A stretch of 64,000 nt of DNA from an uncultured Desulfobacteraceae bacterium (GCA_964386565.1 CAYLRU010000002.1:10704-74703); one strand, 5' to 3'; shown: positions 22,079-32,401, counted from the stretch's first letter. The notes: a model not told the origin generated them from the letters alone. Program-made: numbers and translations.

Positions 22079-23206
22079 ATGCAACAGACAACGAACAACG
22101 ACGCCATGAAGCACTTAATATCATGGTTCGAATTAAAAAATATTTCCGGGATCGGGAACCTTTTGTACAAGCGGCTCATTGACCGCTTCGGATCCCCCGA
22201 ACAGGTGTTTTGCGCATCAGTGGAAGACCTGACCGAAACAGAGGGTATCACCAATAAAATCGCCCATGCCATAATCCACCGTTCTTCAAATCCGGAAATT
22301 GAATCCTACATCAACAGTGTTTTAAACAAAGGGTACGACATTGTCACAATGGCCGATGCAGGTTATCCCGGCCTGTTACGCGAAACTCCCGATCCCCCTC
22401 CTTACCTTTATGTCCATGGTACGCCCGAAGTTGCCCAAGGCATCAATATCGCCGTGGTGGGTTCAAGAAACGCCACCTCGTACGGCATGGCCACTGCCCG
22501 GCGCCTCTGCTTCGAGCTGGCCTCCCGGGGTGTGGTCATTATCAGCGGAATGGCCAAGGGAATCGACACCGCCGCCCATTTGGGCGCCATCCAGGCAAAA
22601 GGAAAAACAGTGGCCGTGTTGGGAAGCGGATTTGACCGGATCTATCCAAAGGAAAACAGGAAACTGTTTTGCGACATTTCCGAAAACGGCGCCGTGTTCA
22701 CGGAATTTGATTTGACCGCCGAACCCGAGGCCCGCCATTTTCCTGCTAGAAACAGGATTATCAGCGGCATGTCCATTGGAACCGTGGTGGTGGAAGCAAC
22801 GGAAAAAAGCGGCTCACTGATCACCGCCCGTTTGGCCGCCGAACAAAACCGTGAAGTTTTTGCCGTGCCGGGAAGCATCCATTCCGAAAAAAGCGCCGGA
22901 ACCCATTCATTGATAAAGCAGGGAGCCAAGCTGGTAACCCGTGTCGAAGATATTTTAGAAGAGTTTGATTATCTGTTTAAGGAAAAATCCGTATCAGGGC
23001 CCTCAACCGCGGATCGCATGAAGGAATCTCTTTCCCGGGAGGAGCATAATGTCGTACGTCATATGGGACCTTTTCCGTCTCATATTGACGATATCATCCG
23101 AAAAACGGCATTGGAGCCGGGAAAACTTACAAGCATTCTGCTCCGATTGGAGCTTATGGGAATCGTATCGCAGTCGCCCGGGAAATTCTTTTCCCTTTCC
23201 GCCTGA
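22079..23206 (+). CDS. dprA: DNA-processing protein DprA
   Basis: AVVGSR, SGMAKGID, HFPARNRIISG, SGSLITA, VFAVPG, LIKQGA. Confidence 0.97.
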   Translation: MQQTTNNDAMKHLISWFELKNISGIGNLLYKRLIDRFGSPEQVFCASVEDLTETEGITNKIAHAIIHRSSNPEIESYINSVLNKGYDIVTMADAGYPGLLRETPDPPPYLYVHGTPEVAQGINIAVVGSRNATSYGMATARRLCFELASRGVVIISGMAKGIDTAAHLGAIQAKGKTVAVLGSGFDRIYPKENRKLFCDISENGAVFTEFDLTAEPEARHFPARNRIISGMSIGTVVVEATEKSGSLITARLAAEQNREVFAVPGSIHSEKSAGTHSLIKQGAKLVTRVEDILEEFDYLFKEKSVSGPSTADRMKESLSREEHNVVRHMGPFPSHIDDIIRKTALEPGKLTSILLRLELMGIVSQSPGKFFSLSA

Positions 23207-23366
23207 ACGGGCTGTGTCTTAATGTGCATTTGGGCTTCTTATCAAGGCAGGCTGACATGATTTTCGCCGGTTTGCGTCAAACGCTTTGATTCAGCCCGAC
23301 GTCGAAAAGGAGCAGTACGACACTGCCTTGACGACCGGCAGTGAATGTATATTTGGAGGAACGTCA

Positions 23367-25643
23367 GTGGCAAAACCATTAGTTGTTGTGGAATCGCCCA
23401 CAAAAGTCAGGACATTAAAAAAATACCTGGGGGGAAATTATAATGTGGTCGCCACCGTGGGGCATATCAAGGACCTTCCGGTAAAAGAAATGGGGATCGA
23501 TATCGAACATGACTTTAAACCCAAATACAAAACCATCCAGGGAAAACAGAAAGTCATATCGGACTTGAAAAAAGCGGCCCGGGGAGTTGACAAGGTTTAC
23601 CTGGCCCCGGACCCCGACCGTGAGGGGGAGGCCATTGCCTGGCATACGGCTGAAGTATTGAAACAGGAAGGAAGGAAATTTTACCGCGTTCTTTTCCATG
23701 AATTGACCAAAAATGCCATCATGGATGCCATTTCATCTCCCCGCGAACTTGACCGGAGCAAATACGAGGCTCAGCAGGCCCGCAGAATATTGGACCGGCT
23801 GGTGGGATACCAGATATCCCCCCTGTTATGGCGAAAAGTCAAAGGGGGATTAAGCGCCGGTCGGGTGCAGTCGGTTGCGGTTCGTATTATCTGTGAAAGA
23901 GAGCGGGCGATTCACGCATTTGAACCGGAAGAATACTGGTCTATCACGGCCCACCTGGAAAGCCGGAATCCCCCCCCTTTTCCGACACGGCTTGTTAAAA
24001 AAAACGACAAAAAATTAAAAATCCCTGACAAACAGGCAGCCGATAAAATACTGGAAGAGCTTGCCGAAAAGCCCTTTGTTGTGGATAAAATTCTGAAAAA
24101 AACCACCAGGAGAAATCCGCCGCCGCCGTTCATCACCAGCAAGCTTCAGCAAGAAGCCATCCGGAAACTGCATTTTTCAGCCAAAAAAACCATGGTGGTG
24201 GCCCAGCAGTTGTATGAGGGAATCGACCTGGGACCGGGAGCCCCCGTAGGACTGATCACTTACATGAGAACCGACAGCACCCGGATCGCAAAGGAGGCGG
24301 CGGAAGAAGCCATTGCTTATGTCCGAGAAAAATTCGGCCCGGATTACGCCGTAACCAAACCCCGGTTCTTTAAAAACAGGAAAAAAGCCCAGGATGCCCA
24401 TGAGGCCATTCGTCCTACATCGGTTGCAAATTCACCGGAAAAAATCGCTTCCTTTCTCTCTGCCGACCAACTGGCGCTTTACCGGCTGATATGGGAAAGA
24501 TTCACGGCCTCACAGATGAAACAGGCACTGATCGATCAAAATTCCGTGGCCATTAAAGCCGGCCCGTTTACGTTCAATGCCAGCGGCTCAACCATTAAAT
24601 TTCCCGGTTTTATGATATTGTACAAAACCGCGGACGATGAACTGGAAAACGGTCTGTCGGACAAAAAACCCAAACTCCCGGACCTGACCGAAAAAGAGGT
24701 TCTGAAACTTAAAAAACTGGACCCCAAACAGCATTTTACCCTGCCCCCTCCCCGATTCTCTGAGGCTTCCCTGGTAAAAGAACTGGAAGAAAACGGCATT
24801 GGCAGACCCAGTACCTATGCCACCATTCTTTCCACCATTCGGGATAAGGGATATGTGGACCTGGTCAAGGGGTATTTCAGGCCCAGCGAACTGGGATTCA
24901 TTGTCAACGATCTGCTGGTCAACAATTTCCCGGACCTTATCAACGTCGATTTCACCGCCAGGATGGAGGATGATCTGGACCGAATCGAATCTGATCAGGC
25001 GCAATCCTTAGAAATTCTCTCCCGATTTTATGATCCGTTTAAAAAAGATCTGGACAAGGCATTAACGAATATGTTGAGCATCAAGGGGGTCGGCGTCCCG
25101 ACTTCCCTTTCCTGCCCCCGATGCCGCCAGACGCTGAATATAAAAGTTGGAAAAAACGGCCCCTTTCTTGCCTGCAGCGGATACCCCCAATGCAAGTATA
25201 CGCGGGATTATACCCGCGATGAAAAAGGAAAAATCCAGCCCGTTGAATCAGCCGGCAGTGAGGTAACGGACAAAATATGCGACAAGTGCAAGCGCCCCAT
25301 GGTGATCCGGCACGGCAAGTTTGGTGATTTTTTAGCCTGCAGCGGATACCCCCAATGCACCCATACGCAATCCATGGGGCCAAACGGTCAGGGCAAGGCT
25401 TTGGGAATGGGATGCCCCCAAAAGGACTGTTCCGGAGAAATTGTTGAAAAGCAATCCAAGCGGGGAAAAATCTTTTACGGGTGTAACCGTTATCCAGACT
25501 GCACCTTTGCCACATGGGACAAACCCGTGGCCAAACCCTGCCCGAAATGCGGGGCACCGTTTCTAATTGAAAAATCAACCAAGAAAAGCGGCGTTTTCCT
25601 GGCCTGCCGGACCAAGGGGTGCAGGTATACGGAAAAGCAATGA
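23367..25643 (+). CDS. topA: DNA topoisomerase I with C-terminal zinc ribbons
   Basis: VVESPTK, DPDREGE, SAGRVQS, LITYMRTDS, AHEAIRP, GIGRPSTY; GTG start at 23367 with GGAGG. Confidence 0.98.
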   Translation: MAKPLVVVESPTKVRTLKKYLGGNYNVVATVGHIKDLPVKEMGIDIEHDFKPKYKTIQGKQKVISDLKKAARGVDKVYLAPDPDREGEAIAWHTAEVLKQEGRKFYRVLFHELTKNAIMDAISSPRELDRSKYEAQQARRILDRLVGYQISPLLWRKVKGGLSAGRVQSVAVRIICERERAIHAFEPEEYWSITAHLESRNPPPFPTRLVKKNDKKLKIPDKQAADKILEELAEKPFVVDKILKKTTRRNPPPPFITSKLQQEAIRKLHFSAKKTMVVAQQLYEGIDLGPGAPVGLITYMRTDSTRIAKEAAEEAIAYVREKFGPDYAVTKPRFFKNRKKAQDAHEAIRPTSVANSPEKIASFLSADQLALYRLIWERFTASQMKQALIDQNSVAIKAGPFTFNASGSTIKFPGFMILYKTADDELENGLSDKKPKLPDLTEKEVLKLKKLDPKQHFTLPPPRFSEASLVKELEENGIGRPSTYATILSTIRDKGYVDLVKGYFRPSELGFIVNDLLVNNFPDLINVDFTARMEDDLDRIESDQAQSLEILSRFYDPFKKDLDKALTNMLSIKGVGVPTSLSCPRCRQTLNIKVGKNGPFLACSGYPQCKYTRDYTRDEKGKIQPVESAGSEVTDKICDKCKRPMVIRHGKFGDFLACSGYPQCTHTQSMGPNGQGKALGMGCPQKDCSGEIVEKQSKRGKIFYGCNRYPDCTFATWDKPVAKPCPKCGAPFLIEKSTKKSGVFLACRTKGCRYTEKQ

Positions 25644-25664
25644 TACGGCCATAAGGAGCCATAA

Positions 25665-27065
25665 ATGGAAAAATCCCTTCACCCCTTTTTTAATCCAAAA
25701 GGCATCGTCATCATCGGAGCACGAAGCACCCCGGGATTCGGCTATATGCTTCCCGCCAATTTGAAGGAAAACGGGTGGGGAGATAAAACCTTTCTGGTGA
25801 ATCCCAAGGGCGGCCGGCTCCACGGCATGCCCGTCTATAAATCGTTAAAAAACATTCCGGCCGCCGTGGACCTGGCCGTGATTATCGTTCCGGCACCTGC
25901 CGTAACCGAAGTCCTGACCGCTGTCGGGGAGTCGGGTATCCGACATGTCATCCTCATGAGCGCCGGATTTGCCGAGGCAGGTGAAGAGGGACAGCAATTG
26001 CAGGACAATGCCAAAGCCGTTTCCGACCGATTCGGCCTGCAGGTCATCGGACCCAACTGTGTGGGCGTGGTCAATACCGCCAACCGCTTCAGCACCACGG
26101 AACTTATGCCGGAAGCCTTTTCACCCGGAAGCGTCGCGGTCATGGCCCAAAGCGGCGTGTTCGGACATAATCTTTTAGAACGGTTCAACGAATACGGCAT
26201 ATCCATCTCAAAGGCCGTGACCCTGGGCAACCGGCTTGTCATCAGTGAAATCGATGTTCTGTCGTATTTTCATCAGGACCCTGAGACGAAAACCATCATC
26301 ATGTATATCGAAGGTTCTGCCGATGGAAGACGTTTAAGAGAAACGTTAAGAAAAGTCACACCGAACAAACCCGTGATCGTTTTAAAAAGCGGGAAAACCG
26401 ACCAGGGAAAAGCCGCCACCGCTTCCCACACCGGCAGCCTGTCCGGAGAAGATGAGCTGTATGAGGGAATGTTTTCCCAAACCGGTGCCGTCCGGGCGAA
26501 AACACTGGATGAACTCGTTACCCTGGCACGAATATTCTCAACCCAACCCCTTCCTGAGGGAAACCACCTCGGCATCATCACCGGCAGCGGCAGCATGGGC
26601 GCTCTGGCAACGGATTACGCGGTTGAACAGGGCTTGCACCTTGCCCCGTTGTCCCAAAGTATCATCGACGCCGTCAGGGAAGGCGCGCCAGGCTGGATGA
26701 ACGTAAAAAACCCTCTGGACGTGGGGCCTTCCGGACAGTTTCCCAAAGCCTTCGCCGCCATGATGAACGATCCGGATATTCACATGGTTCTGGCCGTCAT
26801 TGCCATCCCATATACCGCCTTTCGGCATATGGCATCATCGGTTACCCTGGACGCTTTCTTTTTCGGCAGTCAAATACCGCTGAAAAACCGGTCGTTTAAA
26901 AAGCCCTTTGCCATCGCCGTGATCAGCCATAAAAATCTTGTGGACCTGTTTAAAACATCCACCGAACCCACGATTCCCGTATTCACCTCTCCTGAAACGG
27001 CTGTCGGCGCTTTAGCCGCCTTATGGCGATACCAGCGATGGAAAGCCGGGCCGGGGTCTGCGTGA
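25665..27065 (+). CDS. CoA-binding protein, NDP-forming acyl-CoA synthetase alpha-like subunit
   Basis: IIGA CoA-binding fold, SAGFAE, GPNCVG, QSG, TASHTGSL phospho-His motif; no ATP-grasp domain. Confidence 0.88.
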   Translation: MEKSLHPFFNPKGIVIIGARSTPGFGYMLPANLKENGWGDKTFLVNPKGGRLHGMPVYKSLKNIPAAVDLAVIIVPAPAVTEVLTAVGESGIRHVILMSAGFAEAGEEGQQLQDNAKAVSDRFGLQVIGPNCVGVVNTANRFSTTELMPEAFSPGSVAVMAQSGVFGHNLLERFNEYGISISKAVTLGNRLVISEIDVLSYFHQDPETKTIIMYIEGSADGRRLRETLRKVTPNKPVIVLKSGKTDQGKAATASHTGSLSGEDELYEGMFSQTGAVRAKTLDELVTLARIFSTQPLPEGNHLGIITGSGSMGALATDYAVEQGLHLAPLSQSIIDAVREGAPGWMNVKNPLDVGPSGQFPKAFAAMMNDPDIHMVLAVIAIPYTAFRHMASSVTLDAFFFGSQIPLKNRSFKKPFAIAVISHKNLVDLFKTSTEPTIPVFTSPETAVGALAALWRYQRWKAGPGSA

Positions 27066-27197
27066 TTGTGAGCGGTGAGCCGGGAACGGGAAATCAACAC
27101 CTGTGCCTGATATCGGATAAACGTTTAGTCCTTTGAGCCGGTTCAATCAGTCGTTTCGGAAAAGTCTGAACAGACATAAAGTTATAAGGACGGACAC

Positions 27198-28550
27198 ATG
27201 CGGCAGACAAAGGGGAAAGACATAAACCTGAGGGCCTACCTGTTGATACTGGGCCTCATGATCCTCATGGCGGTCTGCCTGAAAAACATTCACCTTGATA
27301 CGGACTGGCAAAGGGCCGGGTTGATTAACTTCTCGGTGGGATTTATTCTCCTGATCGCCTATGTAGCGGCCCGGATCTTAAAAACCGTTAAATTGCCCAT
27401 GATCAGCGGGTATATTTTCACCGGTATTATTGCAGGACCCCATATAACCGGTTTTCTTTCCGTTGATATGGTGGACCGGCTTCTGCTCATCGATGACCTG
27501 GCCTTAAGCTTCATCGCCCTGACCGCGGGGGGGGCATTAGAGCTGAAATCCCTGAAAAACCGGGCATCGGCCATCTGGCTGAATACGGCACTGCAGTCAA
27601 CCGTTATCTTTTTTATCGTCTTTGGTTTTTTCATCCTGATGGGAAACCGGTTTGAAACCACGCGGCATATCTCCCCTATTCACCTCACCGTTCTGGCGAT
27701 CCTGCTGGGCGTGGTATCCGTGGCCCGATCTCCATCATCTGCAATCGCCGTTATCAGCGAATGCAAGGCTTCCGGTCCGTTTACCGAAACCGTTTTAGGC
27801 GTTACCATCGTCATTGATGTGCTGATCATCATTTTATTCACCTTTGCCATGTCCGCTTCCCAGATTCTGCTGACCGGAAAGGCGGCTTTAAACCATCAGA
27901 CTTTTGTTGCGCTGGGGTTTGAACTGACCGTGTCCTTTATCATCGGTGCCGTTCTGGGCAAAGGAATTTCGTTGTATATTCAACAGGTGGGTCGGGATCT
28001 CATCCTGTTTCTTCTGTTTATTGCCTTCAGTATCACCAAGGTTTCATTGTGGCTGGATCATTTCATGGACATCAGCTTCAATGTATCATTTCACTTGGAG
28101 CCCTTGCTGATCTGCATGAGTGCGGGGTTCGTCATCCGGAATTTCAGCCCTTCTGGCACCCCTTTTATGAATACGCTGGAGCGCATGTCCCTGCCCATTT
28201 TTGTCCTTTTTTTCACCCATGCCGGCGCTTCCCTGAATTTAAATTCCCTGCTCATATGCTGGCCCCTTGCCCTGTGCCTGACCGCTGCCCGCGCCGTGGG
28301 AAGTTTTCTCTCCTCGTTTACCGCCAGCGTCATCAACAAGGACCCCCTGTCCCATGCCAACAGCGCCTGGATGGCCTATCTCACCCAGGCGGGAGTAGCC
28401 ATCGGGCTGGCCCAACTGGCCGGGCGCCAGTTTCCTGAAGTCGGCGGATATCTGACCACCATCGTCTTGGCCGTTATATCGATCAACCAGGTGATCGGCC
28501 CCATCCTGTTCAAAACGGCGTTGGGAATTGTCGGGGAATCCAAAGCGTAA
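27198..28550 (+). CDS. Cation:proton antiporter family protein
   Basis: About 12 TMs, LPMISGYIFTGIIAGP, SPSSAIAV, TQAGVAIGL. Confidence 0.85.
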   Translation: MRQTKGKDINLRAYLLILGLMILMAVCLKNIHLDTDWQRAGLINFSVGFILLIAYVAARILKTVKLPMISGYIFTGIIAGPHITGFLSVDMVDRLLLIDDLALSFIALTAGGALELKSLKNRASAIWLNTALQSTVIFFIVFGFFILMGNRFETTRHISPIHLTVLAILLGVVSVARSPSSAIAVISECKASGPFTETVLGVTIVIDVLIIILFTFAMSASQILLTGKAALNHQTFVALGFELTVSFIIGAVLGKGISLYIQQVGRDLILFLLFIAFSITKVSLWLDHFMDISFNVSFHLEPLLICMSAGFVIRNFSPSGTPFMNTLERMSLPIFVLFFTHAGASLNLNSLLICWPLALCLTAARAVGSFLSSFTASVINKDPLSHANSAWMAYLTQAGVAIGLAQLAGRQFPEVGGYLTTIVLAVISINQVIGPILFKTALGIVGESKA

Positions 28551-28653
28551 ATAAGCAAAGTATCCGGCCTGTCAGGTGTCCCTGTTTTGGCGGATCAACC
28601 CGGCCTGTCTGCTTACAGTTTAAAATTTAAAATATTATCGGGTTGAAATTTAA

Positions 28654-29853
28654 CTAAATCACACAGACCAGCCGATCCACTACCGAATCCAGAAAAATCA
28701 TTCCCCTGCGTGTAAGCCTGCACCTGTCCGGAAGCAGTTGCACCAGCCCCTCATCCACAAGAAGGGCCAGGGCCGCATCAAACGTCTGCTGGAAATCCGT
28801 TTCAAACTTTTCTCCGAATTTTACGATATCGATACCGCTGGTCGTTCTCAGTCCCAGGTAGACGGCCTCAATCATCTGCTGTTCCCGTGTCAGTGTTTCC
28901 TTCTCCGCCAGGGGAAAATACCCTCTTTTAATGCTCTCCAGGTAGCTCTCCAGACTCCGGACGTTCCAGTATCGTACCGGTGGAATAAACGAATGGGCGG
29001 AAGGACCGAAACCCAGATAGGGCGCCCCGGACCAGTATTTGCCATTATGCCGTGACTTCCAAGAATTATGGGAAACGGTGGTACCTTCATCTCCTGTATC
29101 CCTGTTCCCGGCGTCCCTGTCAGATTCGTCTCTTCTTGCAAAATTGGATACTTCATACTGGTCATAGCCATTGTCTTCCAGAAATTCAACGGTGGTCTCA
29201 TACAATTCCCGGACCCCGGCTTCGGACAGGGGCGTAAACTTTTTACCCTTGCAGTCCCTGTACAGCGGCGTACCCGGTTCCAGTGTCAGCATGTAGCAGG
29301 AAAGATGTTCCGGACGGAATCCAACGGCCTGTTTTAAATCCTCCGTCCACGAGGACTTGGTTTGGCGGGGCAATCCGTAAATCAGATCGATTCCCAGGTT
29401 GTCGAATCCGATCGAACGGGCCTGCTTAACGGTCTTGACGGCATCAGCAGATGAGTGAACTCTTCCGAGAAATTGCAGGTGCCTGTCGTCAAAAGACTGA
29501 ACGCCGATGTGGAGACGATTGACCCCGGCAGCACGATATTCGGCAAACCCTTTCAAAGATACGGTTTTGGGATTGGCTTCCAGAGTGATTTCACTCCCGG
29601 GAATCAGGTGCAGCACATTTTTGATGGTATCAATAAGGGTGCAAATATGTGAAGGGGATAGCAGGGACGGCGTTCCACCACCGAAGTAAAGGGTATCAAA
29701 CACAAAGTCCGGTCTTTCCGTCATGGCCGTTTCATCGGCAACGGCATGGACAAAGTCATCAACGGCGGAAAGGTCCATTATCGAGTAAAAATCGCAGTAA
29801 TCGCATTTTTTCAGGCAGAACGGAACATGCACATATATGCCGGCATTTTCCAT
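28654..29853 (-). CDS. hemW: Radical SAM heme chaperone HemW (HemN-like)
   Basis: YVHVPFCLKKCDYCDF, GGGTPS, EANP, YEVSNFA, HNxxYW; start taken at ATG 29853. Confidence 0.9.
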   Translation of the reverse strand: MENAGIYVHVPFCLKKCDYCDFYSIMDLSAVDDFVHAVADETAMTERPDFVFDTLYFGGGTPSLLSPSHICTLIDTIKNVLHLIPGSEITLEANPKTVSLKGFAEYRAAGVNRLHIGVQSFDDRHLQFLGRVHSSADAVKTVKQARSIGFDNLGIDLIYGLPRQTKSSWTEDLKQAVGFRPEHLSCYMLTLEPGTPLYRDCKGKKFTPLSEAGVRELYETTVEFLEDNGYDQYEVSNFARRDESDRDAGNRDTGDEGTTVSHNSWKSRHNGKYWSGAPYLGFGPSAHSFIPPVRYWNVRSLESYLESIKRGYFPLAEKETLTREQQMIEAVYLGLRTTSGIDIVKFGEKFETDFQQTFDAALALLVDEGLVQLLPDRCRLTRRGMIFLDSVVDRLVCVI

Positions 29854-29861
29854 GGACAGTC

Positions 29862-30434
29862 TCACATCCGCATTGAGCAAATATCGTGGTGATCCTTCAT
29901 GTCGGCAACCAATCCGAATCCCAGCCTGAGTGCCTTCTGGTTCATTGCGAGAAAGTCCCCGGGAATCCGTTCTTTCAAGACCTTCATGATGGATTCCTGA
30001 CGTACCAGGCCGATGATCCCCGCCACCGTCCCCAGCATGCAGATATTCTGAACCACGGGATTGCCGATATTTTCCATGACGGTTTCGTAAATGGGAAGCG
30101 CCAACTGGCGGGCATCCACTTTTGGCAGGGGTGTGACATGCCTGGGATCCGTTATCAGGATGCCGCCGGGTCGGATGATGGGATAAAATTTATTGTAGGC
30201 CTCCCGGGTTAAACAGACCAGAATATTGGGCTGTGTCACTTTGGGATAGCGGATGGGTGAATCCGCGAGGATGATATCCGACCGGGTGGCCCCGCCCCTT
30301 GCCTCGGGCCCGTAGCTTTGTGCCTGAACGGCGATGAGATCCTCATAAATGACCGCGGCTTCAGCCAGCACGACAGCCGCGGTGATCACCCCTTGACCGC
30401 CGGAACCGGAAAACACAAGTTTGCAAATCTCCAT
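29862..30434 (-). CDS. korC: 2-oxoacid:ferredoxin oxidoreductase gamma subunit
   Basis: GSGGQG, SYGPEARGG; substrate assignment is inferred from the delta-alpha-beta-gamma layout. Confidence 0.88.
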   Translation of the reverse strand: MEICKLVFSGSGGQGVITAAVVLAEAAVIYEDLIAVQAQSYGPEARGGATRSDIILADSPIRYPKVTQPNILVCLTREAYNKFYPIIRPGGILITDPRHVTPLPKVDARQLALPIYETVMENIGNPVVQNICMLGTVAGIIGLVRQESIMKVLKERIPGDFLAMNQKALRLGFGLVADMKDHHDICSMRM

Positions 30435-31240
30435 CAGGACCGTCCTTTCATCGCCTTTTGTATGATCTTGTTGTACTCTTCACAATACTCGGGAATATCT
30501 TTGTCCACGAATATTCCCCGTTCAATGAGATCCGGGTTTTCCGCCTTTTCCGAAGACCCTACAGGCGTTGTCTTTGTCTTGAATATCTCCATCATCTGGG
30601 CGGCATTTCCCAGCTTGTTTTTCCGGCCGAAATAGGTGGGACACTGGGACAGTATTTCCACCACGGAGAAGCCTTTGTGCCGGATGGCCTTTACAAGCAA
30701 ATCCGTCATCTGCCGGGCATGATAGGTGGTGGTTCGGGCCACGAAAGAAGCCCCGGCAGCCCTGGCCATTTCCACCACGTCAAATTCATGATCGATGTTC
30801 AAATACGGTGCTGTGGTAGCTGACGTGCCGAATCCGGATAAAGGCGAAAACTGGCCGCCGGTCATTCCGTAAACACGGTTGTTCATGATGATGGCCGTCA
30901 TATCGATATTCCGCCGCGCAGCATGAATAAAGTGGTTTCCTCCGATAGCCAGGGCATCGCCGTCTCCCATGGGAACGATCAGGTTTAAATCCGGCCGGCT
31001 CATTTTTACACCTGTTGCAAAGGCCAAGGCCCGGCCGTGAAGCGTATGAAGGGTGTGAAAATCCACATATCCGGAAATCCTGGCCGAGCATCCGATACCG
31101 GAAACCATGACGATGTCGTTTTTGTCGAGTTCCAGGGTTTCGACAGCTCTCAGCAGACCGTTCAGTACGATACCGTGACCGCATCCCGGACACCACAGAT
31201 GCGGAAAAAACTTTTCCCTGATATAGTCCTTTACCGCCAT
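30434..31240 (-). CDS. korB: 2-oxoacid:ferredoxin oxidoreductase beta subunit (TPP binding)
   Basis: WCPGCG, SGIGC, GDGD...NN TPP motif, YGMTGGQ. Confidence 0.92.
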   Translation of the reverse strand: MAVKDYIREKFFPHLWCPGCGHGIVLNGLLRAVETLELDKNDIVMVSGIGCSARISGYVDFHTLHTLHGRALAFATGVKMSRPDLNLIVPMGDGDALAIGGNHFIHAARRNIDMTAIIMNNRVYGMTGGQFSPLSGFGTSATTAPYLNIDHEFDVVEMARAAGASFVARTTTYHARQMTDLLVKAIRHKGFSVVEILSQCPTYFGRKNKLGNAAQMMEIFKTKTTPVGSSEKAENPDLIERGIFVDKDIPEYCEEYNKIIQKAMKGRS

Positions 31241-31243
31241 GTT

Positions 31244-32392
31244 CTACACCCCTTTCCCCTGTATGATGCGAAGAATGTTCCGGATATCCGTCGGGGTGAT
31301 GAAGACACCGTCAAATCGGTTGGCCAGCACCACCCGTTCGGGACGGTCCACGGCCTGCTTGACCGAACGAACGATCTGTCCCATGTTCATTTCCACGACA
31401 ACGATGTGTTTTGCATGGGCGCATTTCTCCCGAACCAGGTCATAGGGAAACGGCCACAGTGACTGAAGCTCCAGCATGCCGAGCCTTTCACCCTTGGCCC
31501 TTCTGTTTTCCACCACTTCCAACGCGGATCTGGCCGAGCACCCGTAAGAGATGAGAATGCATTCCGCATCCTCTAATCCGTAGGCCTTGTATCGGGTGAT
31601 GGCATGGACATTGTTCCTGATTTTATCCACGAGATGATGAAGAAGTTCACTCACGGTACTGGGATCACGCGTGGGAAATCCCCACATGTCGTGAAACAGG
31701 CCCGTGACATTGTACCGATGCACCCCTCCGAAATCCGACATGGGCAGCCTTCCGTCCTCTCTGGGCAGGTAAGGGTGATAATCCACCCCTTCCCGTACCG
31801 ATGTCTTCAGCCGCTGCACCAGCGGGATATCGCCTTTTTCCGGAATAAATAGGGGTTCCCGGGTGTGGCCGATAATTTCATCAAACAGTAGAATCACCGG
31901 AGTCCGGTAAGCCTCTGCCATATTAAACGCATCCACGGTAATGGAAAATACATCCTGATTGCAGGATGCGGTCAGTGCAATGACGGCATGGTCGCCGTGC
32001 GTTCCCCACCTGGCCTGATATACATCCCCCTGGCTTGTGCTGGTGGGCAGCCCGGTGGACGGCCCGCCCCGCTGCACATTGACAATGACGCAGGGAATCT
32101 CCGTCATTACCGCATACCCCAAGGCCTCCTGCATCAGTGAAAAACCGGGGCCGCTGGTCGCGGTCATGGCTTTATCACCGGTCAGCGAAGCGCCGATGAC
32201 GGCACAAATTGAGGCGATTTCATCCTCCATTTGAAGAAATTTTCCGCCTACCCCGGGCAATCGATAGGCCAGTTGTTCGGCGATTTCCGTTGACGGCGTG
32301 ATGGGATATCCGGCAAAAAAATCAAGCCCCGCGTACAGTGCGGCCTCCACACAGGCCTCGTTGCCCTGAACAAATCGTTTCTTTTTTTCCAT
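31244..32392 (-). CDS. korA: 2-oxoacid:ferredoxin oxidoreductase alpha subunit
   Basis: GYPITPSTE, QMEDE, TATSGPGFSLMQE, QRGGPSTG, EMNMGQ. Confidence 0.92.
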   Translation of the reverse strand: MEKKKRFVQGNEACVEAALYAGLDFFAGYPITPSTEIAEQLAYRLPGVGGKFLQMEDEIASICAVIGASLTGDKAMTATSGPGFSLMQEALGYAVMTEIPCVIVNVQRGGPSTGLPTSTSQGDVYQARWGTHGDHAVIALTASCNQDVFSITVDAFNMAEAYRTPVILLFDEIIGHTREPLFIPEKGDIPLVQRLKTSVREGVDYHPYLPREDGRLPMSDFGGVHRYNVTGLFHDMWGFPTRDPSTVSELLHHLVDKIRNNVHAITRYKAYGLEDAECILISYGCSARSALEVVENRRAKGERLGMLELQSLWPFPYDLVREKCAHAKHIVVVEMNMGQIVRSVKQAVDRPERVVLANRFDGVFITPTDIRNILRIIQGKGV

Positions 32393-32401
32393 AATTTTTT
32401 C

